From positions 57,462-121,461 of the forward strand of contig JBGSMD010000011.1 in the NCBI GenBank assembly GCA_041740355.1: a DNA stretch of 64,000 nucleotides, in the 5' to 3' direction. The notes under the pieces are model-generated. The model made no database searches. It was not told where the DNA came from and worked only from the letters and a program-made list of their open reading frames with translations. The position numbers and the translations under genes were made by a program. Below, in pieces: positions 54,467 to 64,000 of the stretch. This DNA is from Bdellovibrionota bacterium. GTDB lineage: Bacteria; Bdellovibrionota_C; UBA2361; CALJRW01. The first letter of the stretch is position 1. Every line of letters starts with the position of its first letter.

Positions 54467-55273
54467 CTACTTTGGAAATAAAAATTGAACAACAAATCTC
54501 AAGCCCCATTCCGGACCACCATCAGGACTCATCGCGTAATAACGTGGGCCAAAACTTACACTAACTGGTTGGCCGTAAACATTTAACAGTTGGCTAACCA
54601 GTAGATTTAAAGGAACTATCCAATCACTATTTTCCCAGTCATAGATCGATTCCGTATTGATCGTAAAGGTTGTTTGAGTTTTAGTAATATAAGCAAAAAA
54701 TGGTTGCATAAAAGTTGCACTAACATCTTGTCGATCGCTATCTCCAGCATATGACCAAAGGTGATTTCCCAAAAATCCGTAAGTGAAGGCACCTTGTTGT
54801 TTTAGTAAGACTACTGTTGGACCAGCAGACCATTTTTGCGAGCCTAAATCGTTTTCTGAGGCAGTGTCATATTGTAACGCTGGGCCAAAGCCAGTAATCC
54901 AACCATTAGCAGTCGGTTCTTTAGGGGAGAAGAAAAAACTTTGTAAAACATCTCCAGTGCCACTACTAGTGTCACCACCAACAATTGGGGAATCAGCACG
55001 AATGATCGGAATGATTGTACGAGTAATTAAATTCCAATCGTCATTTAGAGTGAATGGGATAACTGGTTGAATGTTTACAACATACTTTTTGGCATCGGCG
55101 GGGCCAAAACCTTGGTCCCAGTTGTTCTGAATTGGTACGCTAATTAAACTTGCTACTGGGTTTGCTAATTTTTTAGCTAACTCTGCAGAATCATCGGCAA
55201 GAAGTGGAGATGAAAAAAAGACTAAGAAAAAAGATAATAATATATTAATTAACAATTTTTGACTTACTTCCAT
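54467..55273 (-). CDS. Putative outer-membrane beta-barrel transporter
   Basis: Signal peptide, ELAKKLANPVASLISVP, QPVIPF, alternating beta strands, C-terminal WGLRFVVQFLFPK. Confidence 0.8.
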   Translation of the reverse strand: MEVSQKLLINILLSFFLVFFSSPLLADDSAELAKKLANPVASLISVPIQNNWDQGFGPADAKKYVVNIQPVIPFTLNDDWNLITRTIIPIIRADSPIVGGDTSSGTGDVLQSFFFSPKEPTANGWITGFGPALQYDTASENDLGSQKWSAGPTVVLLKQQGAFTYGFLGNHLWSYAGDSDRQDVSATFMQPFFAYITKTQTTFTINTESIYDWENSDWIVPLNLLVSQLLNVYGQPVSVSFGPRYYAMSPDGGPEWGLRFVVQFLFPK

Positions 55274-55427
55274 TTGAGTTTTGCCCTAAATTAAAATTTA
55301 AAATCTAAATAGGGAGCATTCGAAGAAATATCTCTTGCGCCCATTCATTCTCCAGTTCGAAAAAGCAGTCAAATTCCAAGCTGAGCTGCGATCAAGTGAT
55401 GAAGTAAAAATTACTATTCAATCAGCT

Positions 55428-56801
55428 TTATAAGTAACCTTTATTCTCTATTATTTGTGTTGTACCTAATTTTTTCAATTCCGCTTGGCATTTTTTTGTT
55501 ACGGTACCTGCCAACTGAATTTCTACCGATTTAATTTTTACCTGATATTTTTTAATTACTCGCTCTCTAAAACCATGGAAAATTTTACTTACTTCTTTAG
55601 TCCAAACTAAGTGGTCTACTGGGATGGGAATAAATAAATTACCACTTTTGCCAATTCCCGCAGGTAAATTAGCCTCCATCACTACTACTTGTAAAGGCTC
55701 TCTCTTCTGGTGAAATGCTAATAACTGGGTGCTTGCAACCATATAGTATCCAGCAATTTCACGATCCTGTGCATTGCTAGCTGATTCAATAAAACTACTT
55801 AAGCCTGGAACGCCGGATAGGAGTTTTAAGTTATTTAGTAAAATTGATCGGGTAATTGGTGTATAAGCTTCATTACTCATAAATTTTGATTCCCACCCTG
55901 GCTTTTTACCCTCGGCACTGCCAATCGCATCTAACATTTTCTGATTTAGAGTAGCAATTTTTTTAGGATCTTCATAAGCAGCAAGGGAATTAGCTTTGCC
56001 AACATAACTGTTAAAGCTACCAACAACTGGGAGGGGAATTCCAGGGACAAATTTTCCTGACACACCAATACTAGACTTAATCGAAGCAATCCGGCGAATC
56101 TCCGAAAGTAATACTTCATTATCAGTGTATGGATTGAGCGCGTATTCTTTCATTAAATCGGATACAGCACGATTGTATCCAGAGTAATCAAGTGCTTTTT
56201 CTGATATGTAGTCTACTGCATCACCAATAGTGTTCTTCTTTGACGAACTAGAATCTTTTTCTTCATCATTAAAGGCATTTTTACTAGTATCATATAGATA
56301 CTCTGCTCCTGAGGATACTGCTGACGCTGCAAAACTAAATAGTTTCTTTGCTCCTCCTGGGATTGCTCTTGCCGTTTTCTTTAATGCCTCTGGATCAGAA
56401 ACTGTATCAACAGCTTTATTAACTGCCTTAACAGGTGCCGTCAAAATTTTTTCACCTGTTTGAAGTGCAGCATCCTTTGCGACTGTAGTACTAGGATACT
56501 TCTTTTTTATTTCAGAAATTACGGCAATCTCATAAACTTTACTTTCCAAATGAAGTTTACTGCGAGCGGAGAATTCTCCAAAAGGAGAAGTAATTCGATA
56601 AGTATTCATGTACCCATCGTTACTGACATTTTCTGCAACTTGATGATTTGCAGATTTTAAAAGTTCTTTTGGTAGAATCTTACTAGCGATCAGTGTTGGC
56701 GGAATTTCAAACTGATCCTCGGCAGATAGATTTGAAAAATTAAGAAGTAAAAAAAATGCGAAACAAGAAATTTGAGTTAAACAAGCACGGGGTATCATCA
56801 T
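55428..56801 (-). CDS. Secreted hypothetical protein
   Basis: 457-aa ORF with signal peptide. Confidence 0.75.
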   Translation of the reverse strand: MMIPRACLTQISCFAFFLLLNFSNLSAEDQFEIPPTLIASKILPKELLKSANHQVAENVSNDGYMNTYRITSPFGEFSARSKLHLESKVYEIAVISEIKKKYPSTTVAKDAALQTGEKILTAPVKAVNKAVDTVSDPEALKKTARAIPGGAKKLFSFAASAVSSGAEYLYDTSKNAFNDEEKDSSSSKKNTIGDAVDYISEKALDYSGYNRAVSDLMKEYALNPYTDNEVLLSEIRRIASIKSSIGVSGKFVPGIPLPVVGSFNSYVGKANSLAAYEDPKKIATLNQKMLDAIGSAEGKKPGWESKFMSNEAYTPITRSILLNNLKLLSGVPGLSSFIESASNAQDREIAGYYMVASTQLLAFHQKREPLQVVVMEANLPAGIGKSGNLFIPIPVDHLVWTKEVSKIFHGFRERVIKKYQVKIKSVEIQLAGTVTKKCQAELKKLGTTQIIENKGYL

Positions 56802-57085
56802 TCAAGCTGTAATAAAAAGTTCCTCAAAATAAGATTTATCCTAATAACTTTAATACTTGGGCAAACCTAGCTCTATTCAACAAAGCAAAAGAACTAGTTT
56901 TCTTTCCTATGATTAATAGTAATTTCAACTAGAAATCTAAAAAAATAACTGCAGACATTTAATTTATTGAAACCACACAAACAGGTAATGACAAAGCTGT
57001 AATTAGACTGCTAAGAACAGATTTAGCTTTTTAGTCTGACTGGTTTTTGCAAATCTTTAACTAAATCAACGTTAGCAATCTTTAA

Positions 57086-57646
57086 TTATTTAGGGCATCT
57101 CTTGAAATTATTATCAGCAGAAAATCCTTTAGGTATTAAGTAGCCCATAGTTTTTGTAACTAATGGGTTCTTAGAGTTTTTAACTGCTAAAAATGGATAG
57201 AAAGGAAATACCTGACCTGCCTCTAACTCGAACTCCACACCAGAGCTAACTTTTGATAATACGGAAAACTCTCCATTAGAATCTGTGGCAATAGAGAATA
57301 CTTGTTTGGTCGTTCCCATATCGTCTATCTTTTTATCTTTGAATAACTTGCCAACAAACGGAGTCTTGCGAGCTTTTAAAACTTTGCCAGTTATCTCATA
57401 TGATTTCTTTTCTTTAACACAACCATCATCTTTAATTTGTTTTCTTGCCGCCGGTGTAAAATCCCATTCCATACAATAACCAATCGTATTTAATTTTCTT
57501 ATCTCTGGATCCTCACTGTTATTATTATCTGCGTTAATTTTATTTACTTCAGCAAAAAGTTCTTTGCAGTTTTCATAATTACATCCGCTAAATCCAAACA
57601 GCAGGCATGAAAAGATTATACAGAGAAAAGGTTTCTTAAAATTCAT
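57086..57646 (-). CDS. Hypothetical lipoprotein
   Basis: Lipobox FSG-C. Confidence 0.7.
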   Translation of the reverse strand: MNFKKPFLCIIFSCLLFGFSGCNYENCKELFAEVNKINADNNNSEDPEIRKLNTIGYCMEWDFTPAARKQIKDDGCVKEKKSYEITGKVLKARKTPFVGKLFKDKKIDDMGTTKQVFSIATDSNGEFSVLSKVSSGVEFELEAGQVFPFYPFLAVKNSKNPLVTKTMGYLIPKGFSADNNFKRCPK

Positions 57647-57853
57647 AGAGATATGTAAAAGTTCAATTATTACTAAATACTAATTATTTTTTTGTTTGTT
57701 TGCAACTTACTTTGCTAAAGGCAATCTGATCAAGTTAAATGCCTCTAAAGACTAGGTTTTAATTTATTTTATAATATTTGTTGGGTTGGTATAACTTGTG
57801 GATTTTATCAAGATCGTCTAGTTTTATAGGGTAAATTTTATAATGGAATATCT

Positions 57854-58513
57854 ATGCGTAAGTTAATTATTGTTTGTGCATTAGCACTATTTTTTGCACC
57901 AACCTTCGCAATAGCGGAAAGAGTTTTTGGTTGTGATTTTGATGCTGATGGAACTGAAGATTTTGTAAACTCCAGGACTTGTAGATTTAATCAGGATCTT
58001 CAGCGTATTGTTTGTACAAAATTGGTTGTAAAATTATCATCAGATAAGATTCGACAAAATATTGATTTTAACGACAATAAGGCTCGTGCACGAAAAGGTT
58101 ATTCTGGATTCGCTTGTGTAGCCCGTACTGATCGTGCTGGAACAGATCTATTTGCTACAAATAAAAATAACTTAGTTGAAAAGATTAGAAAGATTAGAGA
58201 CGCTGCTCTTGAAAATAATTTCATCGGAACTTGGTTGATTGAGAAGGAAGGCACTTATGCTTATTGGATCTTCAAAGATGACGGAACATTTACTAAGAAA
58301 CGAGCTGGAGAGTCGCTTAATGGAACAACTCACGTTGTCGGGACATACTCTGTGAATGATGGTTTTATAACTGGTGATTTCACTAACCCTGGTGTTGGTC
58401 GAGGGGAGATTGAAGGTGAAATTAATTCACAGGGCAAATTCCTAATGGACTTTATTGAATACTGGCATTCTCCACGAAAAGTTGTGCCGTGTGTTGGCGT
58501 TCGTCAAAATTAA
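57854..58513 (+). CDS. Secreted protein with DxDxDG motif and lipocalin-like C-terminus
   Basis: Signal peptide, CDFDADGTEDF, FIGTW..FKDDGTF. Confidence 0.7.
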   Translation: MRKLIIVCALALFFAPTFAIAERVFGCDFDADGTEDFVNSRTCRFNQDLQRIVCTKLVVKLSSDKIRQNIDFNDNKARARKGYSGFACVARTDRAGTDLFATNKNNLVEKIRKIRDAALENNFIGTWLIEKEGTYAYWIFKDDGTFTKKRAGESLNGTTHVVGTYSVNDGFITGDFTNPGVGRGEIEGEINSQGKFLMDFIEYWHSPRKVVPCVGVRQN

Positions 58514-58911
58514 GCGAATTTGTGCACCCCGAAAAACGCCAAGAATTATTATCTAATACGACTAGAAATTGTTTTTAGGTAATTATTTGGCAAAGCCAAG
58601 AGACATTGAATCAGTTCATACATTTGACATATGTAGCTGGTTCAATGTCGACAGGGAAAGTACTTCTTACTAAGCCACCCTTTTTAAATTAGTAATATGC
58701 TGAGTTTTTTTGACAGTCAGCACAATTTCTCTGTAGCCATGTGGTATATTACATTAAGTATTAAAGTATCGCTGCACGAGAGTTAGTTAAAAGTAGGGTG
58801 CTTCTATTTAAAAAGAGCACAAAAAGGCTCATCCTAGTCATAATAATTTCTAGAAAGTTTTATATCCTTATTTTTCATTCATTAAATAAGGGGAGATACA
58901 TTAGAGATTGA

Positions 58912-59907
58912 ATGCAGCAAGCTATACTAAGCAGGAGAGATTTCTTATCAACTGGAATGTTGGCAGCCTTTAGTGCTGCGACTATCGGTTGTCGACCATC
59001 GGAAACCTCACCAGAACCAAAGATACCCGAAGTAATTGATCCAAAGATAAGTGATGCAAAGGCGCTTGCTGATTTTTTAAACCGAAATCAAACAGCAGGA
59101 GTATCGCGTCAGACGCTTAACAAAGAACCTATTTTATATCATATTTCCAAAACGATTGATGGACGAACAAGAACATCGGGGTGCGCAATACGTATAACAG
59201 AAAATTTATTTTTAACCGCTTATCATGTGGTAGATGAGGACACACCTATACTTTCTCTAGTTCCCCAGATGGGTAGTGAAAAGTTGGCTACCAAAACCAC
59301 TGATTTTGAAGTTGTGGCCTCAGATCCTGAAAATGATATTGCACTACTTCGAGCTACAAGTGCATACACAAGTGAGGTGCAAAGTCAGCAAGCTTTCTGC
59401 TCGCTTACTGCAGTTATTCCAAATGAAAGTGATAGAGTAGTTAAATTCTCACGTCTTTCCTCACACAGATTATCAAAAACTGATTATTCCCATACAGTTC
59501 ATGCAAAAGATCTATATTCAGAAACATCGGAAGAAGGCCTTTTTACAATTTCTCTACCCTCTGGGACATTACTACTAGAGGAAGAAGGAAAGATTCTCCC
59601 CTACAGATTCGACGAACTACAAAAAAAATATGCCAAAGATGTTGATCTTTTACCTAGTGCAGAACACACACGACTTTGTACAATTTTTGCTTATAATGGT
59701 GAAAGTGGTTTGCCAGTATTTTATAAACGTGAAGATGGAAGTTTTGATGTGTGTGGAATAATTACTAAGGCTATGGGCCTTGCCGAATCAGTTAAAGTTT
59801 CAGGTCACCCACTTGGTTATACAGAGATGCAATTAACTACTAGCTGTTTTACCCATCGAACAGCGGTTGAAGCTCTAATTTTAGAATTTTTAAATAACGG
59901 TAATTAG
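58912..59907 (+). CDS. Tat lipoprotein, trypsin-like (S1) serine protease
   Basis: SRRDFL, TIG-C lipobox, triad motifs LTAYHV / DIALL / NGESG. Confidence 0.8.
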   Translation: MQQAILSRRDFLSTGMLAAFSAATIGCRPSETSPEPKIPEVIDPKISDAKALADFLNRNQTAGVSRQTLNKEPILYHISKTIDGRTRTSGCAIRITENLFLTAYHVVDEDTPILSLVPQMGSEKLATKTTDFEVVASDPENDIALLRATSAYTSEVQSQQAFCSLTAVIPNESDRVVKFSRLSSHRLSKTDYSHTVHAKDLYSETSEEGLFTISLPSGTLLLEEEGKILPYRFDELQKKYAKDVDLLPSAEHTRLCTIFAYNGESGLPVFYKREDGSFDVCGIITKAMGLAESVKVSGHPLGYTEMQLTTSCFTHRTAVEALILEFLNNGN

Positions 59908-60133
59908 TAATTAAGTGATAAAAATAAAGTTGTAAGTTGGATCTTGTGCCACCCAACTTTCAAATGAGTCCGTTGTAATATCGTGATGTCAGCATGTGGA
60001 AAATATGAACATGTCTGGGAATAATTTCCACAACTTCTAACTCCTAAAATCAATGGCTGTGAGCCTAGCACTAGGTAACTAGGTAAAAAAGTAGGGTGAA
60101 TCCAGATTAAAACAAGTTTGTATTTTGCCTGAG

Positions 60134-60230
60134 GTTACATTGTAACTTGTTATTATAATCTCAAATCTCATTTTCGATTCTTTATTCATATATAATATTA
60201 GCCCATCTACGCCTTTAGTTACATTGTAAC
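60134..60230. promoter_or_regulatory. Pair of identical palindromes GTTACATTGTAAC (putative operators)
   Basis: Copies at 60134-60146 and 60218-60230. Confidence 0.5.
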
Positions 60231-60329
60231 GAAAGTTGTGCTTACGATTATACGGCATACCCCTATAATTCTTAATGTGGATAGTGAGTTTTAATCCAAA
60301 AAATATTTTTAACTTTTTTTAGGGTATTT

Positions 60330-60971
60330 ATGAAATTTATAAAGGATTGCGCTAGTGAGTTAAGCAATAAGGTTATTATGAGGCTTATATTGGTCGCTTA
60401 CTTAGTTTCTCTTAGTAGCTGCGCTGTAAATGTCTTAAACAAGTGGGGAGTTTCAAATTGTAATATTACTAAAGTTAAGTCAGTTAAGGAAGTAAAGGGT
60501 AACTATGTTGGGAATATGGATGCGAACTGTGATCGCACCCTGAGAATGGCATGGTTCAGTGTTAAAAAAGATAAAATTACTAATTATCTGCCAGTTAAAA
60601 ATTCAAAAGTTGGTGAAATGAATAATGTTGATTATAGCTTAGGGAAGGCTCCTAAATCTTTCGACTCCTACGAAGCAGTCTCATTACCTATATTAGCTTC
60701 GCCTCCCGTTACTTCCCAATATTTAGCTGAGCCAGTGTTTGTCCTCAGTTCTGACTGGCAAGGTTTTGTTCGTAGTTGTGATCCCACAAAAAATTACTGT
60801 GAGAGACTAACTTTGCCACCATATTTTCAAGTTCGTAACAAACTTGTGCGTGCTACTGCGATGCCATTTTATCCTGGGGCTTATTTAATAGATGGAGTAG
60901 TAGGAACAGTATTAGGTTCAGCGTTAATAATTTACATAGTATTTGGAGGGGACATTCGTTTCATGCGATAA
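60330..60971 (+). CDS. Hypothetical lipoprotein (start probably at the downstream MRLIL)
   Basis: Lipobox LSS-C and a C-terminal hydrophobic helix. Confidence 0.7.
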   Translation: MKFIKDCASELSNKVIMRLILVAYLVSLSSCAVNVLNKWGVSNCNITKVKSVKEVKGNYVGNMDANCDRTLRMAWFSVKKDKITNYLPVKNSKVGEMNNVDYSLGKAPKSFDSYEAVSLPILASPPVTSQYLAEPVFVLSSDWQGFVRSCDPTKNYCERLTLPPYFQVRNKLVRATAMPFYPGAYLIDGVVGTVLGSALIIYIVFGGDIRFMR

Positions 60972-61355
60972 ACGGAGTTATTGCTTAAACACCTTATTTT
61001 TATAAAAGCACTGTACTGATTTTCCTATAGACCACGCCTGTAGAAGCTACTACAGGCGAGTGGAAAATTTCATTTGTAATATTAGTATTCGAGTTGGAGA
61101 TTTGCGTTAAGTAAGGTGCAGGCAGGGTGACTCTGGTAAGCTATGATTAATTTGCAACGCTACTTAAAAAGAAGATAGATATTTTCCTAATTTATTTCAA
61201 TAGCTTACAGGAATAAGCCCAGGCTGATTTTCCAACACTTCAATGGTGGTAAGGATTTTATGTATAGCTAATCTTTCTAAAGCTACTTTTTTTAATAACT
61301 AAAGTAGTAGGTACTCTTTGACGATATAAATACTTAATAATTGTATTATTTCATA

Positions 61356-61877
61356 ATGTATAAAAACAATAATAAAGCCTTTTCTTTGGTTGAATTACTT
61401 ACGGTAGTAGCGATTTTAGGAATTATTTCAGCGATGGCAATTCCAACTTATAAAGAGATTAGACAACAAATTTATGATAAAGAAGCTTTTATTTTAGCTC
61501 GTGATGTAATTTCTGCAATTGAAGCTAGGTTGGCAGACGTTGGTGGTATAAAGGCATTAAATGCGCAACTTACTCAAAAATATGGCATAACATTTAATTC
61601 AGGTTCAACTAGACTCTATGATAGTATAGGCCTTCAACCAGTTTTTACTGATATTCTTGCCCCTGTTACAATCAAAGAAGACTTGTATGTCATACTAGGG
61701 ATTGGAACAACTGGATATCTAGTGCAAGCTTCAAACTGCAAAGGATCAATTGGAAGTATTGGCTCTAGTGGTGGTTGGTTCACTTTAGCACCGCCAAGGA
61801 CAACGGTATATAACTACAGCTCGGTAAGTGGTGGCAAAATTGTCGATGGTGGTGGCTATGGAATTGATCCTTGTTAG
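61356..61877 (+). CDS. Type IV pilin-like protein
   Basis: KA-FSLVELLTVVAILGIISAMAIP N-methylation motif; C-terminal Cys pair. Confidence 0.88.
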   Translation: MYKNNNKAFSLVELLTVVAILGIISAMAIPTYKEIRQQIYDKEAFILARDVISAIEARLADVGGIKALNAQLTQKYGITFNSGSTRLYDSIGLQPVFTDILAPVTIKEDLYVILGIGTTGYLVQASNCKGSIGSIGSSGGWFTLAPPRTTVYNYSSVSGGKIVDGGGYGIDPC

Positions 61878-62083
61878 CCAAAATATGTCTACTTAAGATA
61901 GTACATCTTATAACTATAACTTCCGTGAAACTTTTGTACTAGAGCCTAGTTCGAATGTCACTTGCCTTCATAGAACTAACCTCGTTTTCCAAGAGCTAAG
62001 TGATCGAATTTAATCTAATTTTATTTAGTTCTCTACATAGCAACTCAATATGAAATGGCATTATTAGTTAATTAAATGGCTAT

Positions 62084-62608
62084 TCAAAATACACAAGACA
62101 TACCAGGACAACAAGAGCCTTCCAGATCAGTAAAATAATCATACGTTCTTCCATTTCCAGCGATCAGGAACATTCTTCTTGCTGTTGGTCTTGTCTCTGC
62201 TGCATATAAATTTACATCTCCAGAAGTTCCTTTACAGTGGGCAGATGCAGCCGATATCGTTACATTTGTACCTGTCTGCATAAAATGTACCTGGCCAACC
62301 ATTTCTTTGTTTCTATCGTAAGGATATCCAGGTAATAAACTTGAAATATTACCTGAAACTCGATAGAGAATAGGGTTTCTACCTGGGTAAAAATTAATCT
62401 GATAAAAGTCACCCGGAATAAGATTAGTTTGGTAATTTGAGGCATAAGCAGCGGTATATAAATTCCTGGCATTTACAGAGGCTTCTGCTTCGTAAGCTTT
62501 TTGGCGATACTGCTCAAAAAATGCGGTAGACATTGCTGCTAATATTCCAACTATGCTAATAGTCACTAAAAGCTCTACTAGTGTAAAAGCGGTATAGTTT
62601 TTAATCAT
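62084..62608 (-). CDS. Type IV pilin-like protein
   Basis: TA-FTLVELLVTISIVGILAAMS motif; HCKG and C-terminal Cys. Confidence 0.88.
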   Translation of the reverse strand: MIKNYTAFTLVELLVTISIVGILAAMSTAFFEQYRQKAYEAEASVNARNLYTAAYASNYQTNLIPGDFYQINFYPGRNPILYRVSGNISSLLPGYPYDRNKEMVGQVHFMQTGTNVTISAASAHCKGTSGDVNLYAAETRPTARRMFLIAGNGRTYDYFTDLEGSCCPGMSCVF

Positions 62609-62821
62609 CAAATTATACAAAAACTCAATATCTGTATCTACCTTTTTCACCTTTTGCATTACTTAAATTTTATCATCGACATATTGAAATATCAATAGTT
62701 TTATTGCTAACATGGTATGTCTTAACTTATATCTGATCTTCGCCAGTTTTCTGGACAGTAATCCCTATTAAAAGACTAAGGTTGCCGATTTTGGTAAACT
62801 AATTTTAATAGGAGAAAACAG

Positions 62822-63094
62822 ATGGGAAAGAGATTAAGCCAAGAGCTAAAAGATGAAGCGATTCGCCTAGTTGAGCAGCATGGTGTTAAGCATGATCAGG
62901 TAGTTAAAGAACTAGGAATTGGACGTTCCACTCTTGATAAATTGTTAAAAGAGTACCGAACTGTCGAAAGTAATGGCTTAACAGTAGATGAAAAAGCTGA
63001 GCTTAAAAGGCTGAGGGAGGAGGTCAGAATCCTAAAAATTGAGAAAGAGCTTTTAAAAAAAGCGACGGTATACTTTGCAAAGCACTCAGAGTGA
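62822..63094 (+). CDS. IS3 transposase OrfA
   Basis: HTH (ELGIGRSTL) plus zipper ELKRLREEVRILKIEKELLKKA; slippery A-AAA-AAA at 63055-63061. Confidence 0.93.
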   Translation: MGKRLSQELKDEAIRLVEQHGVKHDQVVKELGIGRSTLDKLLKEYRTVESNGLTVDEKAELKRLREEVRILKIEKELLKKATVYFAKHSE

Positions 63095-63969
63095 GGTGTG
63101 GTTTTGTTGCCGAGCACTGCAAGCTAGATTTGGGAATTCCAAGGCTGTGTAATTTAGTTCAAGTTTCTAAGTCTAGCTATTATCATTGGTGCCAAGGATT
63201 AGAAGATCGGGAGCTAAATGTCCAGGCTGAAAAAGAATTGTATTTTAAGATTAAAAGAATCTTTATTGAAAGCCTGAAGAGTTATGGAGTTCCTAGAATT
63301 CACACTGCATTGTTAAGATCTGGTGTTGCTTGCAGTCGAAGACAAATTGGCAGAATAATGCGTAAAAACAAGCTTATCTCTGTTCATTGCAAAAGATCTT
63401 TTATTACAACGACTGATTCAACGAAGACAAAAGCACCTGCTGAAAATTTATTAGATAGAAACTTTAAAGCAAAGTTTCCTAATGAAAAATGGGTTGGCGA
63501 TGTGACTTACATTCGAACTGGCGAAGGTTGGGTTTACTTAGCAACTGTAATTGATTTGTTTTCTAGGAAAATAGTTGGTTACAGATTAGGAGATAGGAAT
63601 GATGCTGTTCTTGCTTGCTCGGCATTTCAGATGGCATTAGCCAGAAGAAAACAGCCAAAGCAATTACTGTATCATTCAGACAGAGGAAGTGTTTATGCAA
63701 GTAATGAATTTAAAAAGTTACTTGTGGACAATAAAATCACACCAAGTAAGAGTAGAAAGGGCAACTGCTGGGATAATGCAGTCGCTGAATCTTTCTTTCA
63801 TACTTTAAAAGTTGAGCTGATTTATCAAACTAAATTTAGATTGAGAATATCAGCATTATCTAGTATCACTAACTGGATAGAGAATTTCTACAATCCAAAG
63901 AGAATGCATTCTTCTCTAGGGTATTGTAGTCCTGATGAATTTGAAGAAATTCACAAGGAAAGTTTATAG
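63091..63969 (+). CDS. IS3 transposase OrfB (DDE), -1 frame
   Basis: WVGDVTY, HSDRGSVY, GNCWDNAVAESFF. Confidence 0.95.
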   Translation: MRCGFVAEHCKLDLGIPRLCNLVQVSKSSYYHWCQGLEDRELNVQAEKELYFKIKRIFIESLKSYGVPRIHTALLRSGVACSRRQIGRIMRKNKLISVHCKRSFITTTDSTKTKAPAENLLDRNFKAKFPNEKWVGDVTYIRTGEGWVYLATVIDLFSRKIVGYRLGDRNDAVLACSAFQMALARRKQPKQLLYHSDRGSVYASNEFKKLLVDNKITPSKSRKGNCWDNAVAESFFHTLKVELIYQTKFRLRISALSSITNWIENFYNPKRMHSSLGYCSPDEFEEIHKESL

Positions 63970-64000
63970 GGATTGGTGTCCAAGATTTTGGCGAAGCTCA

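Larger units (their letters stand above)
62734..64000 (+). mobile_element. IS3-family insertion sequence, 1267 bp
   Basis: IRL TGATCTTCGCCAGTTTTCTGGACAGTAATCCCTAT; IRR (reverse complement) TGAGCTTCGCCAAAATCTTGGACACCAATCCCTAT; TG..CA ends; orfA/orfB arrangement. Confidence 0.95.

Noticed and set aside
57010-57078. attC-like imperfect inverted repeat (TGCTAAG..GATTTAG..CTAAATC..GTTAGCA)
   Set aside because: The left box lacks AAC, it is a single instance, no integrase is present, and neighbouring genes are not co-oriented cassettes
58602-58649. Imperfect inverted repeat GACATTGAATCAG..CTGGTTCAATGTC
   Set aside because: Single copy downstream of a gene; adequately explained as a terminator or stability hairpin

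Overview
AT-rich bacterial chromosomal window from a Gram-negative organism. The LapA/TPR protein, lipoproteins, Tat substrates, type IV pilins and GroEL style suggest a deltaproteobacteria/Bdellovibrionota-like lineage, but that is inference only. Housekeeping genes (gpmI, hppA, aas, groEL/groES, prfA, prmC, fabF, hisS, nth, panD, smpB, tmRNA) are interspersed with orphan and secreted proteins. An accessory-looking stretch follows tmRNA (48-62.7 kb), and a complete IS3-family element ends exactly at the last base. The most unusual signal is non-coding. The termini of four conserved genes (groEL 3', prfA 3', panD 5', both ends of ssrA) carry clusters of GC-rich hairpins, many with GNA/GNAA loops, built from direct or inverted copies of the gene's own end or flank. 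These include a ~60-bp-period array that repeatedly regenerates the groEL stop region, and a 30-bp hairpin element seen as a filled/empty site pair and as a nested self-insertion. No enzyme that could explain this is encoded in the window. All protein calls come from motif recognition by eye; no database searches were run.
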